64,000 nt of DNA from Peribolospora baueri (lineage: Eukaryota), in contig JAMDHS010000038.1 in assembly GCA_029717555.1 (NCBI GenBank), positions 124,001-188,000 on the forward strand, written 5' to 3'. Under the pieces are notes generated by a model. It saw only the letters and a list, made by a program, of their open reading frames with translations. It searched no databases and was not told the DNA's origin. Position numbers and translations under genes: made by a program. This document shows positions 29,211 to 41,992 of the stretch, piece by piece; position 1 is the first letter of the stretch; each line of letters opens with the position of its first letter.

Positions 29211-30265
29211 GAGCGCAGCGGGGGGCGTTCGCACAGTGAGCGGCCGTGTGGTCGAACCCACAGCAGCGGTAACACTGGCGGATTGTTGGGCGGGACTTCT
29301 GGGTGGGGTGGATCTCATGGCCGATGGCGACGTGCTGCTGGATGGCCCGGTTGGCAGCGTCTTTGCTGCCCAGAAGCACGACCAGGCTAGATCTAGGCCT
29401 GGGGTTGGGGCCGGTGGCATGGGAGGGGATGGCCCACCGGGCACGTACAACGTCCTCCCGAAGGAGCCCGTTGTCCGCGGCCAAATCGCCCAGGCACTCG
29501 GGGTCATGGGGGGCGAACGAGGTCGGAACGCCGTGCACGAAGACCGGGTACAGACGGGCCTTGAAGCGCCCATTTAAATGTCGAGAAACTTCTCCAATAC
29601 TGTTAAATGTACGATTTAATTCAGAAACCCCTCGTGCAAAGCGCCCACCCAAGAGCGGTCGGACGAGAGCCGTGTCACTGCCGCGTCCGACAAGAGGTGG
29701 ACAACGATCTCCTTGGACCTGGGTCGAACGGAGGCGGCCTTGATCCTGACGTCCTCCCCTGCCGATTCCTTCACCGCCGCACGAATACGGTTGCAAAGGA
29801 TCGTCGGCGGGAGGTCAACGAGAACAGGGGCATGGGGTTGGCGTTGAGCGAGAGTCACCGAGAACTTGGTGACCGGGGACCGGGGTTCCGAGGTCGCTGT
29901 GGCGGTCGAACGCGACGTTGTCTTGCGTTGGACGACGCGCCAGGGAGAAGGGTGACTTTGCTGGGAGGAGGGCAGCCCAGAGGATTCAGCGCCGCCGGCC
30001 AGGTCGGCCGGCACGCCCTGGGTCCTGGCGTCCATGTTGAACACGGTGTCCCGGACCTGGCACACGCGTTCATCCAGCTTGTCCAGCTTGGTCTGGATGT
30101 CGGCGGTCGGATCCGCCTTCGCCTTGTGGGCAGCGTCGACTTTGGCCATCTGGCCGGCAAGGAGGAGGTCTTGAAAGACCGTCGCATCGACGGTGATCTT
30201 CTTGGCTTTGAGTTTTCTGGCACGATCCGCCTGTGGTGTCGCGATGTTCTTCATGGAGAGGACAG
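29211..30265 (-). pseudogene. LINE ORF1 (gag-like, CCHC knuckles), frameshifted near 29620
   Basis: Coiled-coil IQTKLDKLDERV, YPVFVHGVPTSF, RSSLVVLL, RQCYRCCGFDHTAAHC. Confidence 0.88.
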
Positions 30266-31704
30266 ATCTTGATCAACCACGGCGGCGGGGAAGCGTCAAA
30301 CTTCTTCGCATCAAAGCAGAAGAAGCACTTGTAGGGCTGTAGGCGCTCCATGAAGCGCCGTGCACCACCGTGCCAACACGACTGCTCGATGGCCACAGGG
30401 TGGCCCTCAGCCAGCGTCATGTTCGTCAGAATATTCTCCGTGACGCCATTCAGCTTTAGGTCCCTGTGGCTGGTCATCATGATCAGCCTTCCGGCCTCGG
30501 GCTTGTCACCCTGGGCCCTGATCTTGGCCTGCGTGGTGGCCTTCCCACGTCCTCCCATCCTAACCAGGTGCGGTTCGACGCGCTCGCCACGTATCAGTCG
30601 TTGTCAGGCTTGCTCCGCGTCATACTGGGCAACAACGTCCGCTTCTCCGCGTGTGGAGAACCCGCGCCGCCAGTACTCCACCCCTGCAAAGCGGTCGCCG
30701 TAGAAGCGAACGTCCTGCAGGTCGGCGATCGTTGGGAAGTCAACGCCGTCCGTAAAGGAGCACAGGCCAGCAACATTGTGCGGCTTGAGTAATGAGCTCA
30801 TAGAACTCATGGCGCATTGGGATGACAGCGCGGTTGAACTGATCAAGATGATTCAGCTCAACTAGGGAGTTTGGCTTGACAAAGATATGGTCTGCCGAGA
30901 AGGTGCCCTCAAAGTACGAAGAGTCTGAGTGATTTGCTTCTGTTTCGGAATCGGAAGAGAGGAAGGAAAGGCGGTCGCCCTCTTCTTCTGACGATGCGGT
31001 TCGAGACGGCCGTGGACGGCTAGCGGGTGCGACAGACCGAACGGCCGGTCGTGGGCGGTGCCGGCAAAAGACGGCTGTGCTTCTTCTGGTCTGAGGCACC
31101 TTCGGGGACGAGGGAGGCAGACTCGAACCATCCCCCCGTGCTCGTCCAAGCTGCGTTGGACGTATTAAACGTCGAAGGAACCCGACTCCAACCTCAACCT
31201 AAACCGTGCTTCAGATCCTCCGTCCCCTCTCTTGTCGTCGTGGGCGTCCAGGCTGAATCCCGGAAAGGGCGAGATCGCGTAGTACGCTTTGAAGACCTCG
31301 CACGCCTCCGCGATAAGCAATGTCTTCGACATCCCACGGAGGCACGCCTGCCGACCCATGAACTCCATCCGGTGGAAGCGTGCGTAGAAAGCGGCTTCTT
31401 CAGCCACACTGCGTGCAGTGGCTCCCACACGGCGCTGTCCCCTGCGGCGGCGCGTCGACACCGAACCCTCCGGCATCTCCTCCTCTGGCGTAATGGTGTT
31501 GTCGAACGCATGATCCGAGCTGTAGTCGGAAAAGTGGTGTAGGCGGACATCGTGGAGGTCGCCAGCTCGGACCAGGTGGTTGCGTTCAGCCAGGCTGTCG
31601 TTGGACAGGCGAAAGCCTTGCCCTTGTCTTGATCAGCATTCCTCCCCAAGTGCTTGCGAGTCGGCACTAGTTTTGCGGGGGAGAACCTTTTGGCTTGTTT
31701 CTTG
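30266..31704 (-). pseudogene. Endogenous viral element: 5' part of a dsRNA mycovirus RNA-dependent RNA polymerase gene (Curvulaviridae/Durnavirales-like)
   Basis: Joined frames read ...DRFAGVEYWRRGFSTRGEAD...EQA*QRLIRGERVEPHLVRMGGRGK...AGRLIMMTSHRDLKLNG...SCWHGGARRF...FFCFDAKKFDASPPPWLIKI. GRLI matches motif F and DAKKFD is motif A (DxxxxD). No introns; stops and frameshifts present. Support is strong for 30266-30930 and weaker for 30930-31704. Confidence 0.82.
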
Positions 31705-31716
31705 CCTCGTCTCAGG
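31705..31716. repeat. Right target-site duplication CCTCGTCTCAGG
   Basis: Identical to 26224-26235. Confidence 0.85.
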
Positions 31717-31826
31717 CACATGTCAGCAGATGCACGCGCCGCCGCAGTCGACCCCGTGCGAGTCCGATCCGGACATTCACCTGCATTCTTCCTTCCACCA
31801 TCATCGTAGCTGCATCTTGATTCATC

Positions 31827-33744
<1,918 letters not shown>

Positions 33745-34653
33745 GGTTCGCTTTCGCTTTCGTTACGTGGATTTGTATCTGTACTGTTGAGCCCGTAATA
33801 GATGTCCTCCACTCTGGTAAAAACGTACGAGCTGGCCAATGGAGAGCAATGAGTGGCACGGTCTTTGAGACTGTCATGCGATTGCGGAAAAATGGGGGAC
33901 TTTGATTTTAGCTCGACCTAATGGTATCGTGGTAGAGTAGTGTGAACCGAGAAGAACCATTTGAGCGTTCAATCAAGCTCCCTTCGCAGCTGTAGAGAGA
34001 GTAGCAGGTGGATAGACGAGGTGGGTGAAGAAATGGAAAGATAAAGCGGGTAGGTAGAAGGACGGGGTGTATAAGTCAAGCAACCGAGGAGAGGTCACAT
34101 ACGCAGGGCTATGTGTAGTAAGGTGGCCACCAATGACAAACTGAGCTACCACCTCCGGGTCTACTTGACAGTGCCAGCAGAAGCTGTATCAGTGTGAAGA
34201 GCAACATGGTCAAGGAAGAGAGACTTTCGATCCTTGCTCTCCCTAAGGACAACCTCCACGTCTACCTTCTCCATGGGCCGTCGTCTTTCATCCACCAGCT
34301 GAACTTGGTCTCTCAAGTGTGACTGACCATCGCCTAGGAAAGGCCAAAAATAAATAGATACCTTGAGAAGAGTTCTGGTGAAGTCATCTCTTTCCGCCAA
34401 AAGGTTCACTTTGTACTGGAGCGTTGCCGTTGTCACCGAGTGTGTCGCAGCCTGAGTGACTTGACCGGTGTTACAAAATATCGTTCATGATACGTGTACA
34501 GACTTGACTTGCATCAAGGATGCTACAGAGTGGTGGGTGAGGGTGAATGGTACACAAGAGAGGAGAAAACGGGCAAGCCGGGAACATGTCGTATGACGTC
34601 GCATCACTCTCGGCCCCACCCGAGCCGCAAAATCGAAACTTGGCCATAGAAGC

Positions 34654-36798
34654 CTAGAAGCCAATGAACATATGCCTCACAGACCTCCACCTCTCCCAAA
34701 CCACTTCCCAGAGCGCGATGCTCACGATGTCGCCCATGTGCTCTTCATCGCCGCTTCGCCTTCGGTCTCGATCGTCACCGCCCTTGAGCGCTGATGCAGG
34801 AGCGCGCCCGCCCACGAAGCTACGTCCGGATCCACTATCTCTAGACAAAGGTCTCTGGGCCGGAGCGGAGGAAGAGAGACTTCCTCTGTTTTGGCTCCGA
34901 CGCTCATCAAATACGAGGAAAGACTGTGCGGCCAAGGTGGGTGGGCCAAGTTCGAGGTCGCTCACTTCCTCGTCGGCTGTGATGTTGGCAACTTGACCGT
35001 ACTGGTCCCCGGCGACGGTGAGATCGTGTCCATCGTCATCGACGATACTAGCAAAAATGTTGACATCTTTCCGGCGCACATTCGCCTTCGTCTTCGTTCT
35101 GTCGATATCCTCGTCGCCATCCTCACCACTGGAGCTGCTGTGTGGAGACAGAGCGCCGACCATCTGAGCGAGGAGGTTCACGGATTTGGAAGGGAAGAGC
35201 GCAAGAGGAAGCAACGCGAGGTATGGAGGGCTGACGAAGCTGAGTATGAGGTGGAGGTCGAAAGCGGGGACGGGGACGGACATGGAAGGAGGGTCAGCGG
35301 CTTGCGCGAGCGCGAGGACAGGGTGGATGACGTCGACGCCACTCCAGCCGCTGTGTGACGTTGCCGGAGTAGCGTTCTTGCTAGATGCGAGCTCAGATTC
35401 GTAAGGGTCCCAAACGCTCATGTCCCCGTTTTCGCGCTGCGCGAACTGAACGTGCTTCCTCAGCGCCGATGCGAATTGATCTACTCCGCTCTCCCATCGA
35501 GAAGACCGGGAGGTGGTTGCTGGCGTAGGAGTCCGATCTCCACTCCCGCTCCACAAGGTGGAAGTGTCCCCTTCATTGAGAAACATATCGACGGTCTCCT
35601 CGTCCAAGTTCATGAACCGACGGACGATCGAGCCGAGGAAGAAGCCCTCCCGCTCTCGGTTCGCTCGCGCCTGTCGGACGGCCGCAGTGGCAGGTGCTAT
35701 GACCGGTGGACGGGGAGGGAGCCTCCGGGTCGCCGAAGGTAGTCGGCCGTTACTCGAGCGAATGCTAACGGTCTGACTTCGCGACCCGCTCCTTCCTTGG
35801 CTGACTCTGGTGGCCGAATTAGTGAGGTGACCGCCTTTTTCCATAGACGCCATCGATGAACCAGCGCTGAGGCACGTGTTGCTCCGCTTGCTTGCCTCCG
35901 AAGACGCCCTCCCCTGTGTTCTATGCCTCCTCTTACGCGGAGCTACGCTCGATGCAGGTAGTCTCGAAGACGAAGTTAACGCGTTATCCATTCCCGCGCT
36001 CTCAGCCTGTGGTGTGAAGCCGAGAAGCGCCTCGACCTCTTCGGCATCTCGAGAGCGTCGAGGGGTGGCCGCGCCATCGCGCACCAACCGTTCTTCCTCG
36101 CCATCCGAGGAGGTAAAGTTGAAGCTGGTCGTAGGGGAGAGCGGTTCGCCGAACTCGGAGATTCCAGAAGCGGCAGACAACGGCCCCGACGGTGGGGACC
36201 TAAGCAATGTAGAAGACGTCGTAGAGGGTCGTCGAGCAGCTACAGCGCGCTCCCATCTTCGGGAATGTCGAACTGATCCAAGCTCTTCCCTAGAGGAGCT
36301 CCCCGAACCGTCCAACTCCTCTTCCACTTCGTCGTCGAAATCGAACTCGCTCCCTGCTGCGCTTGTCCACTCGCCGACGTCCGGTAGCGACGGCGAACCC
36401 TCTAGTTCGTAGCCGTCCGTAGAAAACGTTGACGCTGCGTAAATATCGTCTCCATCATCGCTGTGTGGGCTTCCGCCAGTGGACCTGAAGCGACCAGTGC
36501 CGTCGTGAGCTGGAAGGGGGAAGGTGGGCGGCGAAGTCGAGCGGCCAGGAAAAATGACGGACCAATCCGCCGCCTCTTGAGCCAAGCGGGCAGCGGTCGA
36601 GCCGCCAACCTTGGGCGCGGAAGATTGAGAGGCGGTCGAGGCGTTAGACATCGACGGCCGTCGGCCTTCGACGCCGTGTCGAGAGGTGGAAACGTCATGA
36701 GGCGACGGGCCGCCATGCACCACCTGCGCGTTCACCTCGTCGACGCCGTGTCGCTCGGTGCGTGGAGGATGAGAGTGCCTGGGCTGGTAGAAGGCCAT
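34654..36798 (-). CDS. Hypothetical Ser/Arg-rich protein (about 715 aa, single ORF)
   Basis: Long open frame, likely start MAFYQPR at 36798. No recognised domain. Confidence 0.7.
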   Translation of the reverse strand: MAFYQPRHSHPPRTERHGVDEVNAQVVHGGPSPHDVSTSRHGVEGRRPSMSNASTASQSSAPKVGGSTAARLAQEAADWSVIFPGRSTSPPTFPLPAHDGTGRFRSTGGSPHSDDGDDIYAASTFSTDGYELEGSPSLPDVGEWTSAAGSEFDFDDEVEEELDGSGSSSREELGSVRHSRRWERAVAARRPSTTSSTLLRSPPSGPLSAASGISEFGEPLSPTTSFNFTSSDGEEERLVRDGAATPRRSRDAEEVEALLGFTPQAESAGMDNALTSSSRLPASSVAPRKRRHRTQGRASSEASKRSNTCLSAGSSMASMEKGGHLTNSATRVSQGRSGSRSQTVSIRSSNGRLPSATRRLPPRPPVIAPATAAVRQARANREREGFFLGSIVRRFMNLDEETVDMFLNEGDTSTLWSGSGDRTPTPATTSRSSRWESGVDQFASALRKHVQFAQRENGDMSVWDPYESELASSKNATPATSHSGWSGVDVIHPVLALAQAADPPSMSVPVPAFDLHLILSFVSPPYLALLPLALFPSKSVNLLAQMVGALSPHSSSSGEDGDEDIDRTKTKANVRRKDVNIFASIVDDDGHDLTVAGDQYGQVANITADEEVSDLELGPPTLAAQSFLVFDERRSQNRGSLSSSAPAQRPLSRDSGSGRSFVGGRAPASALKGGDDRDRRRSGDEEHMGDIVSIALWEVVWERWRSVRHMFIGF

Positions 36799-37047
36799 TT
36801 CGTCCCAGCAAGGTAATGGAAAAACGAAGTAAGTGCTGAAGGAGGACGCGGACGACGGATGCGTTGTAGGACAGACGGCGGTCCTCAGGATCGAGGGAGA
36901 CAAAGAGATGCCCGATAACAGGAGTATGCCTTATCATGGCGTAATCAGGCACGTGATCCCAGGAGATTACCGGTTACTCAACAACATGCGCGGCGCTGTT
37001 GTCATCCTTTTCTTCTTTCCATTCCGCAAGCTAGGAAGGAAACCGAC

Positions 37048-38225
37048 ATGGACCTCACCGGAGTGCTATATCTCTACGCCTCCGACCCAGATCTTCCTCT
37101 TTTTGAGTCAGGCCAGGTAGATGGCACAAAAACGCTGCTCTTCGTCGGTAAGCCCTTTAAATGACCGGTGAGCCACGCGTCGCATCGCGGGGTCTTGCCC
37201 GTTACCGACGTCTGATCACGGCCTCCTCTCACAGGCGGCTTGGGAGACGGCCCAGGCTCGATACCATATGTGGCGCCCCTCTCTGAGCGCCTCAAGCCTC
37301 TTGGTTGGTCCATAGCCCAAGTGACCCTCTCGTCTTCCTACGCCGGTTACGGCACCTGCTCGCTGGAGAGGGATGCGCGCGAGATGTCCAAGGCCGTGCA
37401 CTTCCTCAAGACGAAGAGAGGGAAGAGGGACGTTGTGCTCATGGGACATAGCACTGGGAGCCAAGTGAGGACGACACGCCGCGTTTGGTTGCTCCCAACC
37501 GGCGTTTTAGCTTGTTCCCGCCGGACTTGGGTCCTTGCTCACCTCTCTTCTCTCTACCTCGCTTTACGCTTTTCCCCCTCGCAGGACGTGGTCCACTACC
37601 TCCAGCCACCGTCCTCTCCTTTAAACGTCAGATCGAACGTCCTAGGCGCGATTGCCCAAGCGCCGGTGAGCGATCGCGAGGCTTTCGACGTCGTGAGGGA
37701 CGATGACGCGGGCAAGTGGACCGCCCAGGCAGAGAGGCTCGTAAAGCAGGGAAGGGGACGCGAGCTGCTTCCGCGCGAGGCGCACAGCGCGCCCATCACC
37801 GCCGCTCGATTCTATTCTTTGTTTTGCAAGGGGTGCGTACGCGCTGTCCTCGTTGGAGACGATATTAGCTATTGACGGGGACGGACGTCGCTGACACTTC
37901 TCGTGGGTGACCCCCCGTCCCCGGTTCTCTTACCCTTTTCAACAGCGGGGACGACGACCTATTCAGCTCCGACCTTCACTCCTTCCCTTGGGCCAGCCGC
38001 TCCGCGGCACCACTGTGCATGATCATGTCCGGCGATGACGAGTACGTTCCGAAGCACGTCAACAAGGACCGTTTACTCGCGCGATGGCGAATGGAAGGCG
38101 GTAGCGAGAACAGAATACGCATGGCCGAGATCATTGATGGGGCGGACCATAGGTGCGGCGGAGAGGAGCAGATAAAGCGGCTTTGTGACGTTGTCGAGCG
38201 ATTTTTGAAGCAGGTCGCGCCTTGA
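37048..38225 (+). CDS. DUF1749-type alpha/beta hydrolase
   Basis: LLFVG|GLGDGP..IPY, LSSSYAGYG..SLERDA, VVLMGHSTGSQD, QAPVSDRE, PITAARFYSL, GDDDLFSSD, SGDDEYVP, IIDGADH. Confidence 0.88.
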
Positions 38226-38429
38226 TGCGGAAGGCAACGATGGTCGAGGAGGTGGAGCGCCAGGGTGAGCGAGAAGATACCGTAAACGCCCCCTATATGA
38301 CCACAAACTTTGTATACACTAGCATCATCCGTCCTACGATAATGATAAGACCACGGGATGTACTGGTATGCGTTTGCTTTTGATCTTGAGTTGTTTGCAG
38401 AGCTCGCGGAAGAACTTAGATACGAACCT

Positions 38430-41400
38430 TGGCCCTTCCGAGACTATGTCAACCACCAACATCGGTAGCAGGGCCAAGCTATCTGGTCATTCCCCTCTCC
38501 AACCACTACCACCAAACCCCTCTCGCACTTGATCGACTCGTCGGTCACAATGCCCCCTCCTTCAATCCCAAAGCGACCCTTGAGCGACTCTTGCGTGTCG
38601 CAATGCCAACCTCACCTAAAGGCTTCCCTGAGCCTTCGCCTGCAGACGATGCTGGTGCGCGGACCACCGAAGCACCTGCGGACGACTCTGGCGCATGGAG
38701 TCTGTTCCCCGCGGCCGATTTCCGTCCGCCCGGTCCGCCGCATCCCAGTTTCAAACCGGATCTGCTCCTCGACTTCAACCCGGACGATCCCAATTCCCCG
38801 TCCGCCTCCCTCTTCATCGACAAGACCAAGGAGCTTGCCGACATATACAGCGAAGCTACTGTAGCGCTCTACGTCTCAAAGGGGCTACCGCCGTCAATTG
38901 GTACGGGAACATCCCGAAGGAGCAAAAGCATCCCATGTACATCTCCATGGGAGAATGCTCTTCGGAGTCGCTTTATCAAGCCCCGAAAGGAAGCATTCTG
39001 GGAGACCCAGTCGGAGCGGTTTCGGTTCGAGGACGGTCGAACGTACGAGCAGTTTCATGAGAAGAAGATTCGTCTTCTCCATGGTGCCGGGATCGTATCC
39101 TGCGTCTTGCCCAGCTAAAAAGAAAAGAGAAAAGAAAAACGGGGGTAGCATAGGGAAGGGAGAGGCATATTCAAGGGCGCGCAGGGCGAGTGGGCATGCG
39201 CACGCGGAGGCGGTCTTCGTAATCCCGAGATATCAGGTGACTCTCGTTGCTCAAGGAGCTTCCCTTTTGCCTCGAGGTACTCCAACCTCTACCGCTCCCA
39301 GCGCCGCAGCCTCTCCCACGACTTCCACGCCTGGGTCGACTGCTTGTCCCAAGCCTTCGGCGAGGACGAATTTGCTGCCAGGATCGCGGCCGAGAAACGC
39401 GTCTCGAACATGGGGACAAGCAGCTTGTCGTGGTAATGGTAACTTGCGCTCGGGCTACAATCAAGTCCGCATCGACCCCAGCCATGTGTCCAAAACGGCC
39501 TTCAAGACACGCTACGGGCAGTTCCAGTATCCGGTGACTCAGGGGATCTTTGCGACGAACGGTATCCACTTGCATGCGGAATGAAAGGAGCCGCAGTGGC
39601 TGAGGTGGTATTGCCCGTGGGCACAGACCTCAGGGGTTGGTGTGGCATGGGTCCAGAGCTCAGGGGTTGGCTCCACCGGAACTGACGCTGGTCGATCTGA
39701 TCGGCCAGTTGCATCAACCGGTCAAGGTCCTCCGCTTGGGGAAGCAGCATGAGGGTGTTCCGAATGTGGTCCTTGAGACCGCGCTCAAACCGGCCGATTG
39801 CGAGTGCTGGAGGAGCCTGAATATGGACTTGCAGCGACCTGAACTTGGTAATGTAGTCGGCCACAGGTCCGGTCTGCCGCAGGACCTTCCACTAATCCAT
39901 GTAGGTCCGCCGATGCTTGGCCAGCAGCTGGAGCAGGCGGCTATGCAGCGTGACCTTGTCTGGAGGCAGGTGGATGTGTGCTGGGAGACTAGAGACTGGA
40001 CTGGGGTCGACGTCCGGGGCTACCCTAGGCCTCAAGGACTACGCCCGACAAATCGACAAGTTCTCGGGCGAGCGGACCAAGCTCGCCGGATTCCTCTACC
40101 AACCTGCGGGAGACCGGACCTGTGGCAGACTACATCACCAAGTTCAGGTCACTACAGGTCCACATCCAGGCCCCTCCTGCAGTCCCCATCGGCCGGTTTG
40201 AACGCGGTCTCAAGGACCACATTCGGAACACCCTCATGCTGCTTCCCCAAGCGGAGGACCTTGACCGGTTGATGCAACTGGCCGACCAGATCGACCAGCG
40301 TCGGTTCCGGTGGAGCCAACCCCTGAGCTCTGGACCCACGCCACACCAACCCCCGAGGTCTGTGCCCACGGGCAATACTACCTCAGCCACTGCGGCTCCT
40401 TTCATCCTTCATGAGGATCGCATGCAAGTGGATACCGTTCGTCGATAATGCCGCCTGAGTCAAGCCGAAGGGCATGATCAGATAGTCGAACTGCCCGTAG
40501 CATGTCTTGAAGGCCGTCTTGCGAATTCGTCCTCGCCGAAGGCCTCGGACAAGCAATCGATCCAGGCGTGGAAGTCGTGGGAGAGGTTGCGGCGCTGGGA
40601 GCGGTAGAGGTTGGAGTACCACACGGCCGCGGCGCCGTCGAGACAAAAGGGAAGCTCTTTGAGCAACGAGACTCACCTGATTTCTTTTCTCATGAAACTG
40701 GTCGGAACCTCGAACCGAAACCGCTCCGACTGGGCTCCCAGAATGCTTCCTTTCGGGGCTTGATAAAGCGATTCCGAAGAGAATTCTCCCATGCAACAGT
40801 GGAGAAGGACATGAGCCGCTTTTGCTCCTTCGGGATGTTGCCGTACCAGTTGAGGGCGGTAGCCCCTTTGAGACGGTGGGAGACGTAGGGTGCTACAGTA
40901 GCTTCACCGTATATGTCGGCAAGCTTCTTGATCTTGTCGATGAAGAGGGAGGCGGACGGGGAATTGGGATCGTCCGGGTTGAAATCGAGGAGCAGATCCG
41001 GTTTGAAACTGGGATGCGGCGGACCGGGCGAACGGGAGTCGGCCGCGGGGAACTGAAGTTGAGGAGGAGGCTGAGCCGTGGACGTGGGCAGGTAACCTCC
41101 ACTCGTCGGCGACTGAAACTGAAGTGGGGAATGAGCCGCGGAGACGGGAGGATGACCTCCACCCGGGGATGCCTGCATCAGGTGGCCCTGTTGAACCGAG
41201 GGGGGCGTTCAGCCGATGGGGGCGCACGGAGTTGTCGTACGGATACGCGTGGGGCTGCCCGGGCGAAACGCGTGGCTGTTCGGGCGAGGGGCTGGTGCTC
41301 GTAGGTGCAATGCGGCTGAGCAGAAGGGAATGATGGCGCCAGTATGTGTGATGGTGGTGGCTGCGAAGAGGACGCAGGGGGGGGCCAGTTCTGTGCCATG

Positions 41401-41830
41401 AGGAGGCGGTTGAGAACCTCGAACCGGCGGTTGAGAACCTCAAACCGGCGGTTGATACCCTCGTTGCCTGAACATGGCCGCGTTCTCAGTGTTCGAGGCC
41501 TGGGTCTCCTGGAGGATCCTAAAAAGTGGATTTGTGGTGCTGCCGCTACTGGTGTCGTTGTTCTGTGCCTCAGCATGGCGGTAATGTATAAGAGGGCGGT
41601 CTTGCCATAGTCCTGGAGCCTGTCTGCGAGTGCGCAGAACTCGGTGGAGTAATCGAATCGCGTGTTGACGGAGAGTAGCGAGTTTGTCGGCAGCGGAACC
41701 TTCAGATCGCGCCCGCAACTGGCTTAAGGACTGGATATATTCAAGAAGCAGTTCATGGAACGTTTCGGCGCCTTTACCTGGAGGTTGAGCTGGTTGCGCC
41801 AGGCGTAAGTCCACTTACTGGTGTTGCCCT
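38430..41830. mobile_element. Scrambled, degenerate Ty3/gypsy LTR-retrotransposon fragments (gag and short RT pieces) in both orientations
   Basis: RT fragment LRSGYNQVRI...KTAFKTRYGQFQY (about 39444-39535 +) and KTAFKTCYGQFDYLIMPFGLT (about 40457-40520 -). Gag-like ADYITKFRSL...FERGLKDHIR, DKFSGERTKLAGFL and ALNWYGNIP...WENSLRNRF. No LTR identified; outer limits approximate. Confidence 0.85.
38704..41053. repeat. Long imperfect inverted repeat: arms 38704-39883 and 40103-41053, spacer about 220 bp
   Basis: ORF pairs 39502-39864(-)/40122-40448(+) and 38429-39118(+)/40690-41178(-) translate to near-identical peptides. Confidence 0.92.
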
Positions 41831-41992
41831 CGAGGCAGGCGACGGTGAACTTATCTTGGTGACCCCGCTGCGGGCAATCATCACGGGGTGCCGCAGCACC
41901 TTAGCGATCGTCCAATACAACATGGTATTGAAGCGTTGAGGGCCGTCCAGCCCGTCGTGGCGGACCCTTTCCTGTTCTGGACAACGACGACG

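Larger units (their letters stand above)
26236..30265 (-). mobile_element. Defective non-LTR retrotransposon (Tad1-like LINE): 5'-truncated ORF1, inverted ORF1 end plus APE, RT deleted, RNase H and C-terminal zinc finger remnants
   Basis: ORF1 zinc knuckle CYRCCGFDHTAAHC. APE motifs QFNCRRS, ILCLQEP, NVYNP, GDFNLHHPTW, IDL and SDHIPI. Linker WWDPE and HWRKFLE. RNase H YEAELVGV and IDNQAVL. C-terminal QLRSGH...ETVAHFLLFCP. Confidence 0.93.

Noticed and set aside
33900..34500. 91-aa ORF and atypical sequence between convergent genes, possibly an old transposon relic
   Set aside because: No recognisable motif, terminal repeat or TSD.
41404..41454. 21-bp tandem repeat (RRFEVLN)
   Set aside because: Part of the decayed gag-like region, not a separate element.
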